This document shows, in pieces, positions 30,025-39,427 of a stretch of DNA of 64,000 nt. Made by a program: the position numbers and the translations under genes. The stretch covers positions 384,001 to 448,000 of the forward strand of contig OZ220733.1 in the NCBI GenBank assembly GCA_965116875.1, in the 5' to 3' direction. How positions within the stretch are numbered: the first letter of the stretch is position 1; every line of letters begins with the position of its first letter. The stretch comes from Candidatus Latescibacterota bacterium (GTDB lineage: Bacteria > Latescibacterota > UBA2968 > GCA-2709665). A model generated the notes under the pieces. That model did no database searches, had not been told where the DNA came from, and saw only the letters and a program-made list of their open reading frames with translations.

Positions 30025-31521
30025 TCATGCTTCCGGAAATACGTTGCACCCCGGAGGCGCCTTCCAGTAATCCGTCAGATCGTGTTCTACTGCGCCGGCC
30101 CACCGCCGCAACACCCGCCGTCCCCCGGCCCGTCGTTGCAGCTTCGGCCCGATCGCACCCCCGCGCCATCCCTCCAGGACCCGCTCCAGTAGCGCTCCCT
30201 TCACGTCCGCACAACCGGGGTCTCCCGCCAGGTCCCTGAATTCATCGGGATCGTCGTCCAGATTGAATAACTGCGGTTCGTCAAATCCGTGGTAATGGTT
30301 CAACTTCCATGGACCCTGGCGGACCATCCGGCCCGGCGGTTCGTCGGCGCCGCCGTAATTCTCGGAAAACACTTCATTCGACCAACCCGGCGCCCGTCCG
30401 TCGCCCTCCAGAAAGCACCTGAGGCTGCGGCCTGCAACCTCCGGCAGGGGATCTCCGCCGGCCAGGTCGATAAGGGTGGGGCCGACGTCCAGCAGGCTTG
30501 TTACGGCATCCACACGTCGACCTGCTTCGAATCGCCCCGGAAACGACGCAATCATCGGCACGCCGGCGGACCCCTCGTAAAAGCTGCTCTTCCACCACAT
30601 CCCGTGCTCACCGGCCATTTCCCCGTGGTCCGAGAGATAGATCACCACGGTGTTGTCCGAGAACGACGTGGACGCCAGCGTCTCCAGCAATCCGCCGATG
30701 AGATCATCCAGGAACGTGACAAGCCCGTAATAGGCCGCACGCGCCCTGCGCACCGCGTCATCGTCCAATCCGTCGACGCCGCGTTTCTCGCGCCAGAGAC
30801 GTATCGCCGGATGCAGCCCATCCGGATCGCTTTCGGGTACAGCCGGCAGCTCCACGCGATCGTAATATTCCTGGTACAAATCCCCGGGACAGATAAACGG
30901 GCAATGCGGCAGCACATAACCCGTTACCAGGCAAAACGGACGCTGGACGCCGGACCGGCCGCGGTTTTCGAGAAACTCACGACACGCCCTGGTTACCGCC
31001 ACGTCGTAAGCCTGGTAGGCCGTGCGGCCCGGTCCGGAAATCTCGACCGATTGACGGGACTGGCCGGTCGTACCCGTGGGAATAGGCCCCAGATCGGGGC
31101 CCGGTCCACCCGGCAGCGGGCCCGACAGGTCACCAACGATGCGTTTTTCGAATCCGTGCCGCTGGTCCGGTCCGACAAAGTGCATCCTGCCGCCCAGGAC
31201 CGTCTCGTATCCCGCCAGCCCCAGACCGTGTGCGAAGGTTGGAATATCCGACCTCAGAAAACAGGAATTGGACCACACCTCGATATCAGACGCATGTCTT
31301 CCCGTAAGAAACGACATCCGAGACGGAACGCATAGCGGCGCCCCGCAATAGGTGTTTTCGAACAGTACGCCCCGCCCGGCCAGCGCGTCCAGGTTTGGCG
31401 TTCGGGCGATTCGATCTCCGGCACAGCCCATATACCTCCGGTTGTGCTGGTCCGACATGATCACCAGAAAATTGGGTTGGTCCGGCAAGACAGTCCCCCT
31501 CGCCTCCAGTCCATCAGCCAC
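30025..31521 (-). CDS. Cys-type formylglycine sulfatase (choline-sulfatase-like)
   Basis: PNFLVIMSDQH, TPNLD, LCVPSR (CxPxR), GRMHF, PHCP, SDHGEM.G.HG.W.K. Confidence 0.93.
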   Translation of the reverse strand: MADGLEARGTVLPDQPNFLVIMSDQHNRRYMGCAGDRIARTPNLDALAGRGVLFENTYCGAPLCVPSRMSFLTGRHASDIEVWSNSCFLRSDIPTFAHGLGLAGYETVLGGRMHFVGPDQRHGFEKRIVGDLSGPLPGGPGPDLGPIPTGTTGQSRQSVEISGPGRTAYQAYDVAVTRACREFLENRGRSGVQRPFCLVTGYVLPHCPFICPGDLYQEYYDRVELPAVPESDPDGLHPAIRLWREKRGVDGLDDDAVRRARAAYYGLVTFLDDLIGGLLETLASTSFSDNTVVIYLSDHGEMAGEHGMWWKSSFYEGSAGVPMIASFPGRFEAGRRVDAVTSLLDVGPTLIDLAGGDPLPEVAGRSLRCFLEGDGRAPGWSNEVFSENYGGADEPPGRMVRQGPWKLNHYHGFDEPQLFNLDDDPDEFRDLAGDPGCADVKGALLERVLEGWRGGAIGPKLQRRAGGRRVLRRWAGAVEHDLTDYWKAPPGCNVFPEA

Positions 31522-31544
31522 GTGCGCCTATTCGTACCGTACTC

Positions 31545-32786
31545 TCAGGGACTTCCCGCTCCGGAGAGCGTTACCAGCCTGATACGATGGTTGTACGTAT
31601 CGGCGATGTAGAGGCGTCCGTTTGCCTCATCAAACGCGATGCCCGCCGGCCGGTTCAATGCAGCGGACTGCGCGGGACCTCCGTCTCCGCTGAATCCCGG
31701 TTGCCCGTTACCGGCTACCGTCGCGATGATTCCGGAAACCAGATCAATCGCCCGGATGCGATGGTTCATCTCATCGGCGACGTACAGCCGTCCATCCGGA
31801 CCGAACTGAATGTCGCGCGGGTTGTTCAAGTTTGCCTGCGTGGCCGGACCACCGTCCCCGCTGAATCCGGCGACGCCCGTGCCCGCGATAGTGTCGATTC
31901 GATCCCCTTCGAAGTCCACGCGCCGAATCCGCTGGTTGAGTGTGTCGGAAATATAAAGAGTACCATCGGGCCCCAGAGCCAATCCTCCCGCCGGCCGTGG
32001 ATTGTTGCCCGCCGGGAGGTTCAACTGCGCCAGAAGGGGAGGCCCGCCGTCGCCTCTGAATCCGGCTGTGCCCGTGCCCACCACCGTGGTAATGACGCTG
32101 CCGGCATCGATCTTCCTTACCCGCAGGTTGCGTTGATCCAGTACATACAGCGTGTTGTCGGGCGCAAGCACCGTCTGCGAAGGATGGTTCAGAAGCGCGT
32201 CCTCCGCGGCTCCGCCGTCGCCGGAAAACCCCGGCGTGTCTCCCAGAAATACCCGTACCCTGCCGCTGACCGGATCGAAAATCCGCAGCTTGTGGTTTCG
32301 CCAGGCCGTGAGCAGATAGGCCCCGCCCGACAGCTGGACGAGATGCGTGGGATGGCTCAGATTGACGGACCTTCCGGACGCGCCCGGTGGGATACGCTCG
32401 GACTGCGCGTCGGATCCGTCGCCCATGAACCCGCTTCCGATTGCCGTCTCCAGCGTGCTGTCGCCTATGGCCGCACGGCGCACACGATGGTTGGCCCAAT
32501 CCAGAACGTAAACCCGGCCCTCATGCGTAACCATGACATCCACGGGCCAGTAAAACGTCGACAGCAGCAATACGTTCCCGTCGCCGTCCCAACCTGCATC
32601 CCCGGTACCCGCCCAGGTGCAGATCGTCCCCGGCGTATCTGAACAAAGCGAAGGCGGTGCAACCGGTTCCTCGTCGTCGTCGGACTCGATCGGGTTGTCG
32701 TCACCGCACGCCGTAAGAAAACATGCAAGCAATCCGAAGACAAACCATATACTGCACCGCCACAAACTATCGATACCATACCGCAT
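31545..32786 (-). CDS. NHL-repeat beta-propeller lipoprotein
   Basis: FLTAC lipobox; repeated G.G..GFSGDGG.A..A.LN.P and LYIAD..N.RIR. Confidence 0.9.
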   Translation of the reverse strand: MRYGIDSLWRCSIWFVFGLLACFLTACGDDNPIESDDDEEPVAPPSLCSDTPGTICTWAGTGDAGWDGDGNVLLLSTFYWPVDVMVTHEGRVYVLDWANHRVRRAAIGDSTLETAIGSGFMGDGSDAQSERIPPGASGRSVNLSHPTHLVQLSGGAYLLTAWRNHKLRIFDPVSGRVRVFLGDTPGFSGDGGAAEDALLNHPSQTVLAPDNTLYVLDQRNLRVRKIDAGSVITTVVGTGTAGFRGDGGPPLLAQLNLPAGNNPRPAGGLALGPDGTLYISDTLNQRIRRVDFEGDRIDTIAGTGVAGFSGDGGPATQANLNNPRDIQFGPDGRLYVADEMNHRIRAIDLVSGIIATVAGNGQPGFSGDGGPAQSAALNRPAGIAFDEANGRLYIADTYNHRIRLVTLSGAGSP

Positions 32787-32874
32787 CTACGCTTCCCCTC
32801 ACGCCTGGTCCCGTTCGACCGGCCTGCCGGTTCCTCCCTTTACCGACGTCGACTGCCGCCACACGTCAGGATCC

Positions 32875-34017
32875 TCAGAAATCACTCGCACAGCGGAAAC
32901 CGATCTGTTCGTCCGTGGCGAACGGCGCATCGAACCACCGGGTGGTCGTGTCGGCGAGGTCCCGAAATTTCCATGAACCGCCCCGCATGACGCGATTCAG
33001 CCCGATTTCAGGCCCTTTTGGATTCTCTTTTGGCGTGTCGTTATAGTAATCCGGGTTGAACCAGTCTTCGCACCACTCCCAGGCATTGCCGGACATATCG
33101 TGCGCCCCGTATGGGCTTGCGCCCTTCGGATGGCTGCCGACGTCCACCGTACGGCCCACAAGATCGGCGATATTCGCGTGTTCGGGGGTGGGCGTGGCCG
33201 TACCCCAGGGGTAGGGCCGCTTGTCCGTCCCTCGCGCCGCCTTTTCCCACTCCGCTTCCGTGGGCAGGCGCATACCGGCCCATTCGCAGTACGCCTTTGC
33301 GCCGTACCAGGTCACATTCGTCACGGCCCTGTTGGCGAGGTAGAATGCCTTCAGCACGTACTCATCCTTGATGGTCCGCCCCAACTCCTCGCTTTCCTCG
33401 TCTTCATCCCCTTCGCGTCCCGCCAGAACGTCTATCGATATCCGGATGTCGGCCCTTCTCGATTCCAGATTGTAGAGCACGTTGTCATCCGGGTCCCGGT
33501 TGCGATTCACCGCATTCTCGTATGCGATATCTTCGTCCGTCTGCCAGGGCGCCGTGCGACCGACCGTTTTGGTATTCCGGTTCCTGTCGTTCAGGAACGC
33601 GATAAACTGGCCATTGTTTACCTCGTATTTGTCTATCTTGAACGCGTCCAGGTAGACGACGTGCTCAGGCCCGTCCGGCGGCAACCCACCCCGGTCGGTC
33701 CCCATCGTGAAATCGCCGGCCGGCACATCGAGTAGCTCGTGCTTCAGTATCGGTACCACCGGAAATTCGACCACGATCTGCCCGAAGAAGGATGCGAAAA
33801 TCAAAAAGTCGGGCAGGTCCACCGCGCGACTGCCGTCCAGATCGTATATCGGGTCGTCGGACTGATACGCCCGTGCAAACAGGACAAAATCGGTCAGATC
33901 AATGCTTCCATTGCCGTCGAAGTCCACGTCTTCAATGGTGACCCTTTCCGCCCACGCACGCGCCGGGCCAAATGCGAGGATGAAAAAGAGTGAAAAATAG
34001 AATAATACACGCGGCAT
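32875..34017 (-). CDS. Secreted FGE/SUMF1-domain protein with N-terminal dockerin/EF-hand-like repeat
   Basis: Signal peptide; DFDGNGSIDLTDF / DLDGSRAVDLPDF; F.MG, RLPTEAEWEKAARG, DMSGNAWEW, RGGSW, IGFRC. Confidence 0.9.
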   Translation of the reverse strand: MPRVLFYFSLFFILAFGPARAWAERVTIEDVDFDGNGSIDLTDFVLFARAYQSDDPIYDLDGSRAVDLPDFLIFASFFGQIVVEFPVVPILKHELLDVPAGDFTMGTDRGGLPPDGPEHVVYLDAFKIDKYEVNNGQFIAFLNDRNRNTKTVGRTAPWQTDEDIAYENAVNRNRDPDDNVLYNLESRRADIRISIDVLAGREGDEDEESEELGRTIKDEYVLKAFYLANRAVTNVTWYGAKAYCEWAGMRLPTEAEWEKAARGTDKRPYPWGTATPTPEHANIADLVGRTVDVGSHPKGASPYGAHDMSGNAWEWCEDWFNPDYYNDTPKENPKGPEIGLNRVMRGGSWKFRDLADTTTRWFDAPFATDEQIGFRCASDF

Positions 34018-34074
34018 GTGCCCATTCTCCTTCACCGGCGTCTTTCCCCATTTCGTCCGTCTCCTGGCGACGGG

Positions 34075-37000
34075 TTATTTCTGCACGACAAACGTGGTTT
34101 CCTTCGCGAAGGATTTTCCACTGTTTAGATCCGTTACCGTTACGTTGAGGTAGTGCCGTCCCGATCGCGCCTCGCCGAGTTCCAGTTCCGTATAGGCCAC
34201 TTCAGACTCCTGCACGCCAAGTTGTTCATATCCGATCGCCACACCCTGCTTATTCGACCTCCCCGTAAGCGTCTGTGCCAGCCTCGACAGCACGCCTCCC
34301 GCCTTCGGACCCATCGTGTATTCGACCCGGTACTGGGTCTGGCCGAACTCATCCCGCTTCAAGTTGTAAATCTCGTAATAGACAAACACATTCTGGCCGG
34401 TCCCGAAGGTTCGAGACGGCATTGGAATCACGTTCAGCCCGTTTTTCCCGAATTTTCCAGGATCGGTGTCGGCCTCACTGACTCTGAACGCCAACTCCAG
34501 GTCGCTCACACGGAGTCCTTCTCTATGATAGGACTCCACGACCACCTGCTGCCGGTATATCCCAAGCCGACCCGTCATTCGATCGCGAGCCTTGACTTCC
34601 AACCTGTAGACGCCGGGTGGCACTTCAAGCCTGACCACGTCCGGGAAGACCACGTCCGGGCCCGTTCGATTGCCCGCCTTCTTGTAAAACATCTCGCCAG
34701 TCTTCCGGTAGACCTTTTCCGAATTGGGCGAGAGCAGCGCCAGTTGTCGGCGGACTGCCACCTGCGTGACGTTATGTTCGGGCAGGTAGTTGGTCGAGGC
34801 ACACGGAATGCCATAGTAGATCTCCAAAGCGCTCCTGCCGTCCGGCCCTTTGAAGTCGGCCAATGTATAGTAGAAGTCGAAAGGCGCTTCAGCGTATTCC
34901 GGCGTGAAGGTATCCGGAGTCAGGGCAACGGCTTGCTTGAATACCTGTTCGGGCGAGAAACGTCGGAACTTTGAGACCTGCTCGATACCCAAATCAGGCG
35001 CATCCGGCACCGGTGCAAAATCAAACACCTGCGAGTTGAACTCGTCCGTAAACGTGATCTCTATTCCACCGTCGATATTGAGGTAGATCCACGACTCCCA
35101 CGGCGTGGACCCGTGGTCGGCCCCCGCGCTCAGAACCGGACTGAAACCCGATCCCGCGAAAATGTCCGTGTTGATGCTGGACGGGAGGGGCCCTGAAACC
35201 GTGCTTGCGAGTTCACTTTGTCCGATATCTCCACCCTCGCCGATCGTTCCGGCGGTGCTGGGACGATCCGTATCGTTACGGTCAGTCGACGAGCCCCCGT
35301 CCCGGTTTCCCCCGTCAGTTGTCATCTGCCTCAGATTCGAATCGGAACCATCCGGGTCTCCGCCCGTGAACGCGTCGCGCTCGCCCTCGATGCCCAGATC
35401 GCCTCCGGCGCTTTCAAATCCGAGAATATCCCGCTCCAGAGCAAAATTGCGGAGGGGAAAGACGGGACCCATAAAAGACGCGCCGATCGCCTCCGTACCG
35501 TAAAGCTGTCTGGCAAGTCGCTCCTTCACACGCAGCACGGGCAGGGGGTGCCGGAAATTCACGTTCCGGGAGCTCGTTACATGGTCGGGATCCCCGAACC
35601 GAATGTACACCTCACCACGACGGTCCCAGGGTTTCTCGCCGTTGGAGAACTCCAGACTGGCGTACCAAACGCGACGGTAGTGTTCCAGCAGCCTTTCATT
35701 CACGGACGTCCCGATATCCGGATCGCGCACGTTCCAGAACCGTTCCAGAAACGCCGTCCTCACCTCACCCGACGCCTGTTCATACTCGGCAGACTCCTCG
35801 GGTGACGCGATCAGTCCGATGTCATCATAAAGCGCACGCTGCTCCGGTTTCAGTCGCGAGATGTACGTTGAGAAAAACCCCATCGCCATATCGTATTTGT
35901 TGCGCTTGGCGCAGGCCTGCGCGACGATCGGCATCAGTTCGATCGCATCGGGGTACTCGTCTGTAAACGCCCGGACTTTCTCCAGAATCCGGTCGTAGTC
36001 CTTCACTTTCAGGTACGCGTGGCCCAGCCGCCTCCCCACTTTCCGGTCCGCCGGCCTCATCGCCAGATACCGGGTGTACCAGACAATGGCCTCTTCGTAA
36101 TCCTCCATAAAGTTCGCGTACCAATCTCCCATCAACAGATAGGCGTCGGCGTACTCCGGATCCGTCTTCAGCACCCGGTCCAACTCCGGCTTCACGTCGT
36201 GCTCGTTGAGCATATATCTTACGAGTGCGATCTTGTACTGGGCATCGACGTAGTCCCGATCGCGCATCAGGGCTTTTCTGAAATAGGTGATGGCCTGGTA
36301 GCGCTCGTTGTGGAGTTCCATCAACACGAGGCCCAGACCGTAGTAGGGTTCGGGGTCGTTGCCTGGAAGCGCCGCTGCCTTTCGGAACGCCCATTTCGCG
36401 CCCCGGTAGTATTTGTCCTCCAGAAACGCATATCCCAGTTTCAGATGCGCGTCCTTATTTCGCGGGCGCTGGTGGGCAACGACGCGCAGCGGAAAAATCG
36501 CCTCATCCACTTCGTTTCCGTTGAGCCGCGCCACGCCCAGATCAAAGAGTGAATCGACACTTGCGCGCGGCACATTCTGCGCCTCCACCGCGTATCCGCC
36601 GGGGCCTCCCAGCAGATATTGCACCCGCCCCCGGTGCCAGTAACAGGTCAACACAGGGCGGCCGGCGTGAACGGCAGGCCGGAAAAAGTATCCGATTTCA
36701 GGCATATGGGGTTCGTCGGTTGCGGGACATTGGAAAAGATGCCTGAGCTGCGCCAGATCCCGCGCTCTCGAGGACGCGTCCAACCGCCGCTCCTTCAGTT
36801 CATCGGACGCCCATGACAAGAGCCCGCTCAAGCCAGCCGTTGTTTCACTGGCGCGCGCCGAATTAAACTCTGAAATCAGGTCGCCGACAACGAGCATGCG
36901 TTCGGAGCATACGGCTTCCTTCAGCGCCTCGTCGTTTTTGATACGGCGTCGAATCGCATCGATGTAGCCCTGGCAGCTTCCCCGGGACAGACCCAGGGAA

Positions 37001-37824
37001 GCATACGTTTTTCGTATTTCCTTGAAACCACTGACCGATTCGCGGTAGGCATCCCTGGCGCTGCGATACTCCTCCCGGTGCATGGCGTGATGACCCCTGA
37101 CCCACCAGTTCAGCGCCTGATGAACCATGAGCATCGCGGCGTCTATCTTCGTTTCCTGCGCTGGATGGAAAGGCCTGCCACCGGATTTATCGCTCGAACT
37201 TCGCCACGGCGGAACGACGGCGCCGTCCATTCCGACATATGACAATTCACCGTCCACAACAGCCGCAACGGCGCCTGCGGCTTGAGACCACTCCATGGGA
37301 CCCCGCACGTGTCCGCGCACAAGCAGCCGGGCGCGCCCCATTGCATCGACGAGCCACAACCCCTCACGGTCCGTTACGGCCAGTTGACTTCCGTCCGGCG
37401 CAACCGCCAGATCGATCGGGTCCATTTCGTCGGGCAACTGCCAGAGGGTCTCCCCGGAAGCGTCAATTCGCCAGATCCGATTGCGCGCCAGCGGGAGGCG
37501 ACGCTGTCTGCGGGAATCGGACGTGAGTCTGCCCAGCGGCGTCGTGCCGAACGCAACGTGGTCCAGCGCCCGCTCCAGGTATACCAGCCCACCTCCTGGC
37601 AGGAAACCCACGTCTCCCGGGGGGCCCAGGTAGATCCCCGTCCTGGTGGGCATCGTCCCGTCGTTTTGCCCCACCCAGACCTGGGTTAACAGGACCATTG
37701 GCTTACCCGACGGGATGAGCCAGACGGCCCGCTCGCCATCCGCCGAATAAACCGTGGGCGGGACGGCAGAGGCCCCGGTTGAAAGACCCAGAACGGCCGC
37801 AGCGATGGTGAAGAATCTCAACAA
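34075..37824 (-). CDS. Secreted TPR + GWxTD-domain protein
   Basis: Signal peptide; TPR run; FLERFW..RDP....SVNERLLEHYRRV, PWDRRGEVYIRFGDPD; C-terminal Ig-like VIPMPSR..VYYEIYNL. Confidence 0.82.
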   Translation of the reverse strand: MLRFFTIAAAVLGLSTGASAVPPTVYSADGERAVWLIPSGKPMVLLTQVWVGQNDGTMPTRTGIYLGPPGDVGFLPGGGLVYLERALDHVAFGTTPLGRLTSDSRRQRRLPLARNRIWRIDASGETLWQLPDEMDPIDLAVAPDGSQLAVTDREGLWLVDAMGRARLLVRGHVRGPMEWSQAAGAVAAVVDGELSYVGMDGAVVPPWRSSSDKSGGRPFHPAQETKIDAAMLMVHQALNWWVRGHHAMHREEYRSARDAYRESVSGFKEIRKTYASLGLSRGSCQGYIDAIRRRIKNDEALKEAVCSERMLVVGDLISEFNSARASETTAGLSGLLSWASDELKERRLDASSRARDLAQLRHLFQCPATDEPHMPEIGYFFRPAVHAGRPVLTCYWHRGRVQYLLGGPGGYAVEAQNVPRASVDSLFDLGVARLNGNEVDEAIFPLRVVAHQRPRNKDAHLKLGYAFLEDKYYRGAKWAFRKAAALPGNDPEPYYGLGLVLMELHNERYQAITYFRKALMRDRDYVDAQYKIALVRYMLNEHDVKPELDRVLKTDPEYADAYLLMGDWYANFMEDYEEAIVWYTRYLAMRPADRKVGRRLGHAYLKVKDYDRILEKVRAFTDEYPDAIELMPIVAQACAKRNKYDMAMGFFSTYISRLKPEQRALYDDIGLIASPEESAEYEQASGEVRTAFLERFWNVRDPDIGTSVNERLLEHYRRVWYASLEFSNGEKPWDRRGEVYIRFGDPDHVTSSRNVNFRHPLPVLRVKERLARQLYGTEAIGASFMGPVFPLRNFALERDILGFESAGGDLGIEGERDAFTGGDPDGSDSNLRQMTTDGGNRDGGSSTDRNDTDRPSTAGTIGEGGDIGQSELASTVSGPLPSSINTDIFAGSGFSPVLSAGADHGSTPWESWIYLNIDGGIEITFTDEFNSQVFDFAPVPDAPDLGIEQVSKFRRFSPEQVFKQAVALTPDTFTPEYAEAPFDFYYTLADFKGPDGRSALEIYYGIPCASTNYLPEHNVTQVAVRRQLALLSPNSEKVYRKTGEMFYKKAGNRTGPDVVFPDVVRLEVPPGVYRLEVKARDRMTGRLGIYRQQVVVESYHREGLRVSDLELAFRVSEADTDPGKFGKNGLNVIPMPSRTFGTGQNVFVYYEIYNLKRDEFGQTQYRVEYTMGPKAGGVLSRLAQTLTGRSNKQGVAIGYEQLGVQESEVAYTELELGEARSGRHYLNVTVTDLNSGKSFAKETTFVVQK

Positions 37825-37901
37825 ACGCTCCTCCAGAACTTACATACGGACGCGCGTCGATTCGAGTTGCGGTGAAAGAGAATACCTATAAGATAAGTAC
37901 G

Positions 37902-39128
37902 TTACCCCCTGTCGAACAACCCTTCTATTGCGATCGCTTCCAACGCCTCGCCCATCGCGCCGACGGCCTGGTCGATATCCGCCTCCGTGTGCGAGTAATT
38001 GGTATAGCAGACCGAATAGACGATGATCCCACGCTTGAGAACTTCCTCGTTGAACCTGAGAAACAGCCGGGCCGCATCGGGGTGATCGAATACCAACTGC
38101 CCGACGGGGGGTGCTCCCACGAAGCGCGCAGGAAGGCCCAACCCTTCGCTGTACGCATTGAAACCTTCGTGAAGCTGTTCACCGCGTTTCCACAGCGTGC
38201 CGATCACGTCCTCCCGTTCATACACGTCCAGTACGGCCCGCGCCGCGGCAAGACCCAGCGTGTCACCTCCGAAGGTGGACGACACGACGCAGTCCTTCAC
38301 CCTTTCCATCACCTCTGCATTCCCCACAAAGCACGAGAGAGGCACGCCGTTCGAAAGTCCCTTGGCAAACACCGCCAGATCCGGGACCACCCCGAAATAC
38401 TCCTGTGCGCCGGCACGCCGCAGCCGGAACCCCGTTACGATCTCATCGAAAATGAGGACGGCGCCGTGTTGCTCCGTCAACGACCGCAGTTCCCTTAGAA
38501 AAGTACGCCCGCGTTCAACTTCCGCATAGGCGCATGCCACGCTTACGGCCGCAATCTCACCGGGTGCCGCTTTGAACGCCTCGTTATACGGCCCAATGTT
38601 GCCCCACGGCATCGTGGCGTAGGTGTTGCGCGTCGCCTCCGGCACCCCTCCCCGAGCCATCGTGTTGACCCACCCGTGATACCCGCAGGTCAGGATGAGC
38701 TCCCGCTCCGTAAACGCCCTTGAAAGCCGGTGTGCGGCCGCCATGGCTTCGCCGCCCGTCTTCAGGAATCGGACCCGTTCCGCGCAGGGGAGCACCTTCA
38801 CCAGCCGCTGAGCGACCTCGACTTCAAGCGGGTGCGGATAACTGAACACGATACCGCTATCCAGTTGTTGCCTCACGGCATTATCCACCGCCGGAAAACG
38901 GTACCCCAGGGTGATGGGGCCAAGCCCGTTTCTGAAATCTATATATTCGTTGCCGTCGGCATCCCAAACCCGGCAGCCGTCGCCTCGAACCAGGTAGCAC
39001 GGCTCCACCCCCCGCAACGCCTCTCTCGGGGCCTTGGAATGGGTCTGCGTGCCGAGGGGGATCACTTCCTGCGCCAGGTCGTACAGCTCCCACGAACGGT
39101 CAACCGAACGCCCAACCGCCGTTTCCAT
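37902..39128 (-). CDS. Class III PLP aminotransferase (glutamate-1-semialdehyde aminomutase-like)
   Basis: G.G..VWD.DGNEYID, RFLKTGGEA, GYHGW, IFDEIVTGFR, PDL..FAKGL.NG, STFGG. Confidence 0.9.
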   Translation of the reverse strand: METAVGRSVDRSWELYDLAQEVIPLGTQTHSKAPREALRGVEPCYLVRGDGCRVWDADGNEYIDFRNGLGPITLGYRFPAVDNAVRQQLDSGIVFSYPHPLEVEVAQRLVKVLPCAERVRFLKTGGEAMAAAHRLSRAFTERELILTCGYHGWVNTMARGGVPEATRNTYATMPWGNIGPYNEAFKAAPGEIAAVSVACAYAEVERGRTFLRELRSLTEQHGAVLIFDEIVTGFRLRRAGAQEYFGVVPDLAVFAKGLSNGVPLSCFVGNAEVMERVKDCVVSSTFGGDTLGLAAARAVLDVYEREDVIGTLWKRGEQLHEGFNAYSEGLGLPARFVGAPPVGQLVFDHPDAARLFLRFNEEVLKRGIIVYSVCYTNYSHTEADIDQAVGAMGEALEAIAIEGLFDRG

Positions 39129-39175
39129 GGTTACCCTCCCTGAAAAATCCACATCCAAGCCACCAACGGATCCCA

Positions 39176-39264
39176 ATTCGAAAAAAGACTACCGTTAAAT
39201 TAACCACAAAAAGCACAAAAGGCACAGAAGGTACCGGTCCGAAACGCGGTATCGAGGTCGTTCA
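39176..39264. repeat. ~89-bp dispersed intergenic repeat, copy 2
   Basis: ATTCGAAAAAAGAC.ACCGTT...ACCACAAAAAGCACAAAAGGCACA...ATCGAGGTC.TTCA shared with 29846-29934. Confidence 0.85.
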
Positions 39265-39427
39265 TAGCGACGATATTTCCGCTCACGTCCAGCGACGTCA
39301 AATATCCGGGTACTTTGACGTCAATTCGCCTTTGTTCTTCTGTATATATGCGACATTCAGATCCCTGAAAAATCCCGAATCGACGTGAAAGTAATCCGGG
39401 TCCGCCGTTGTACCCGCGCACGGAGGG

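Noticed and set aside
32875-33000. FGE/C-type-lectin C-terminus as a possible diversity-generating retroelement variable region
   Set aside because: I saw no template repeat and no reverse transcriptase in the window
37902-39128. Assignment of hemL
   Set aside because: The N-terminal TQTHSK pattern and the lack of tetrapyrrole gene context point to a paralog; symbol withheld
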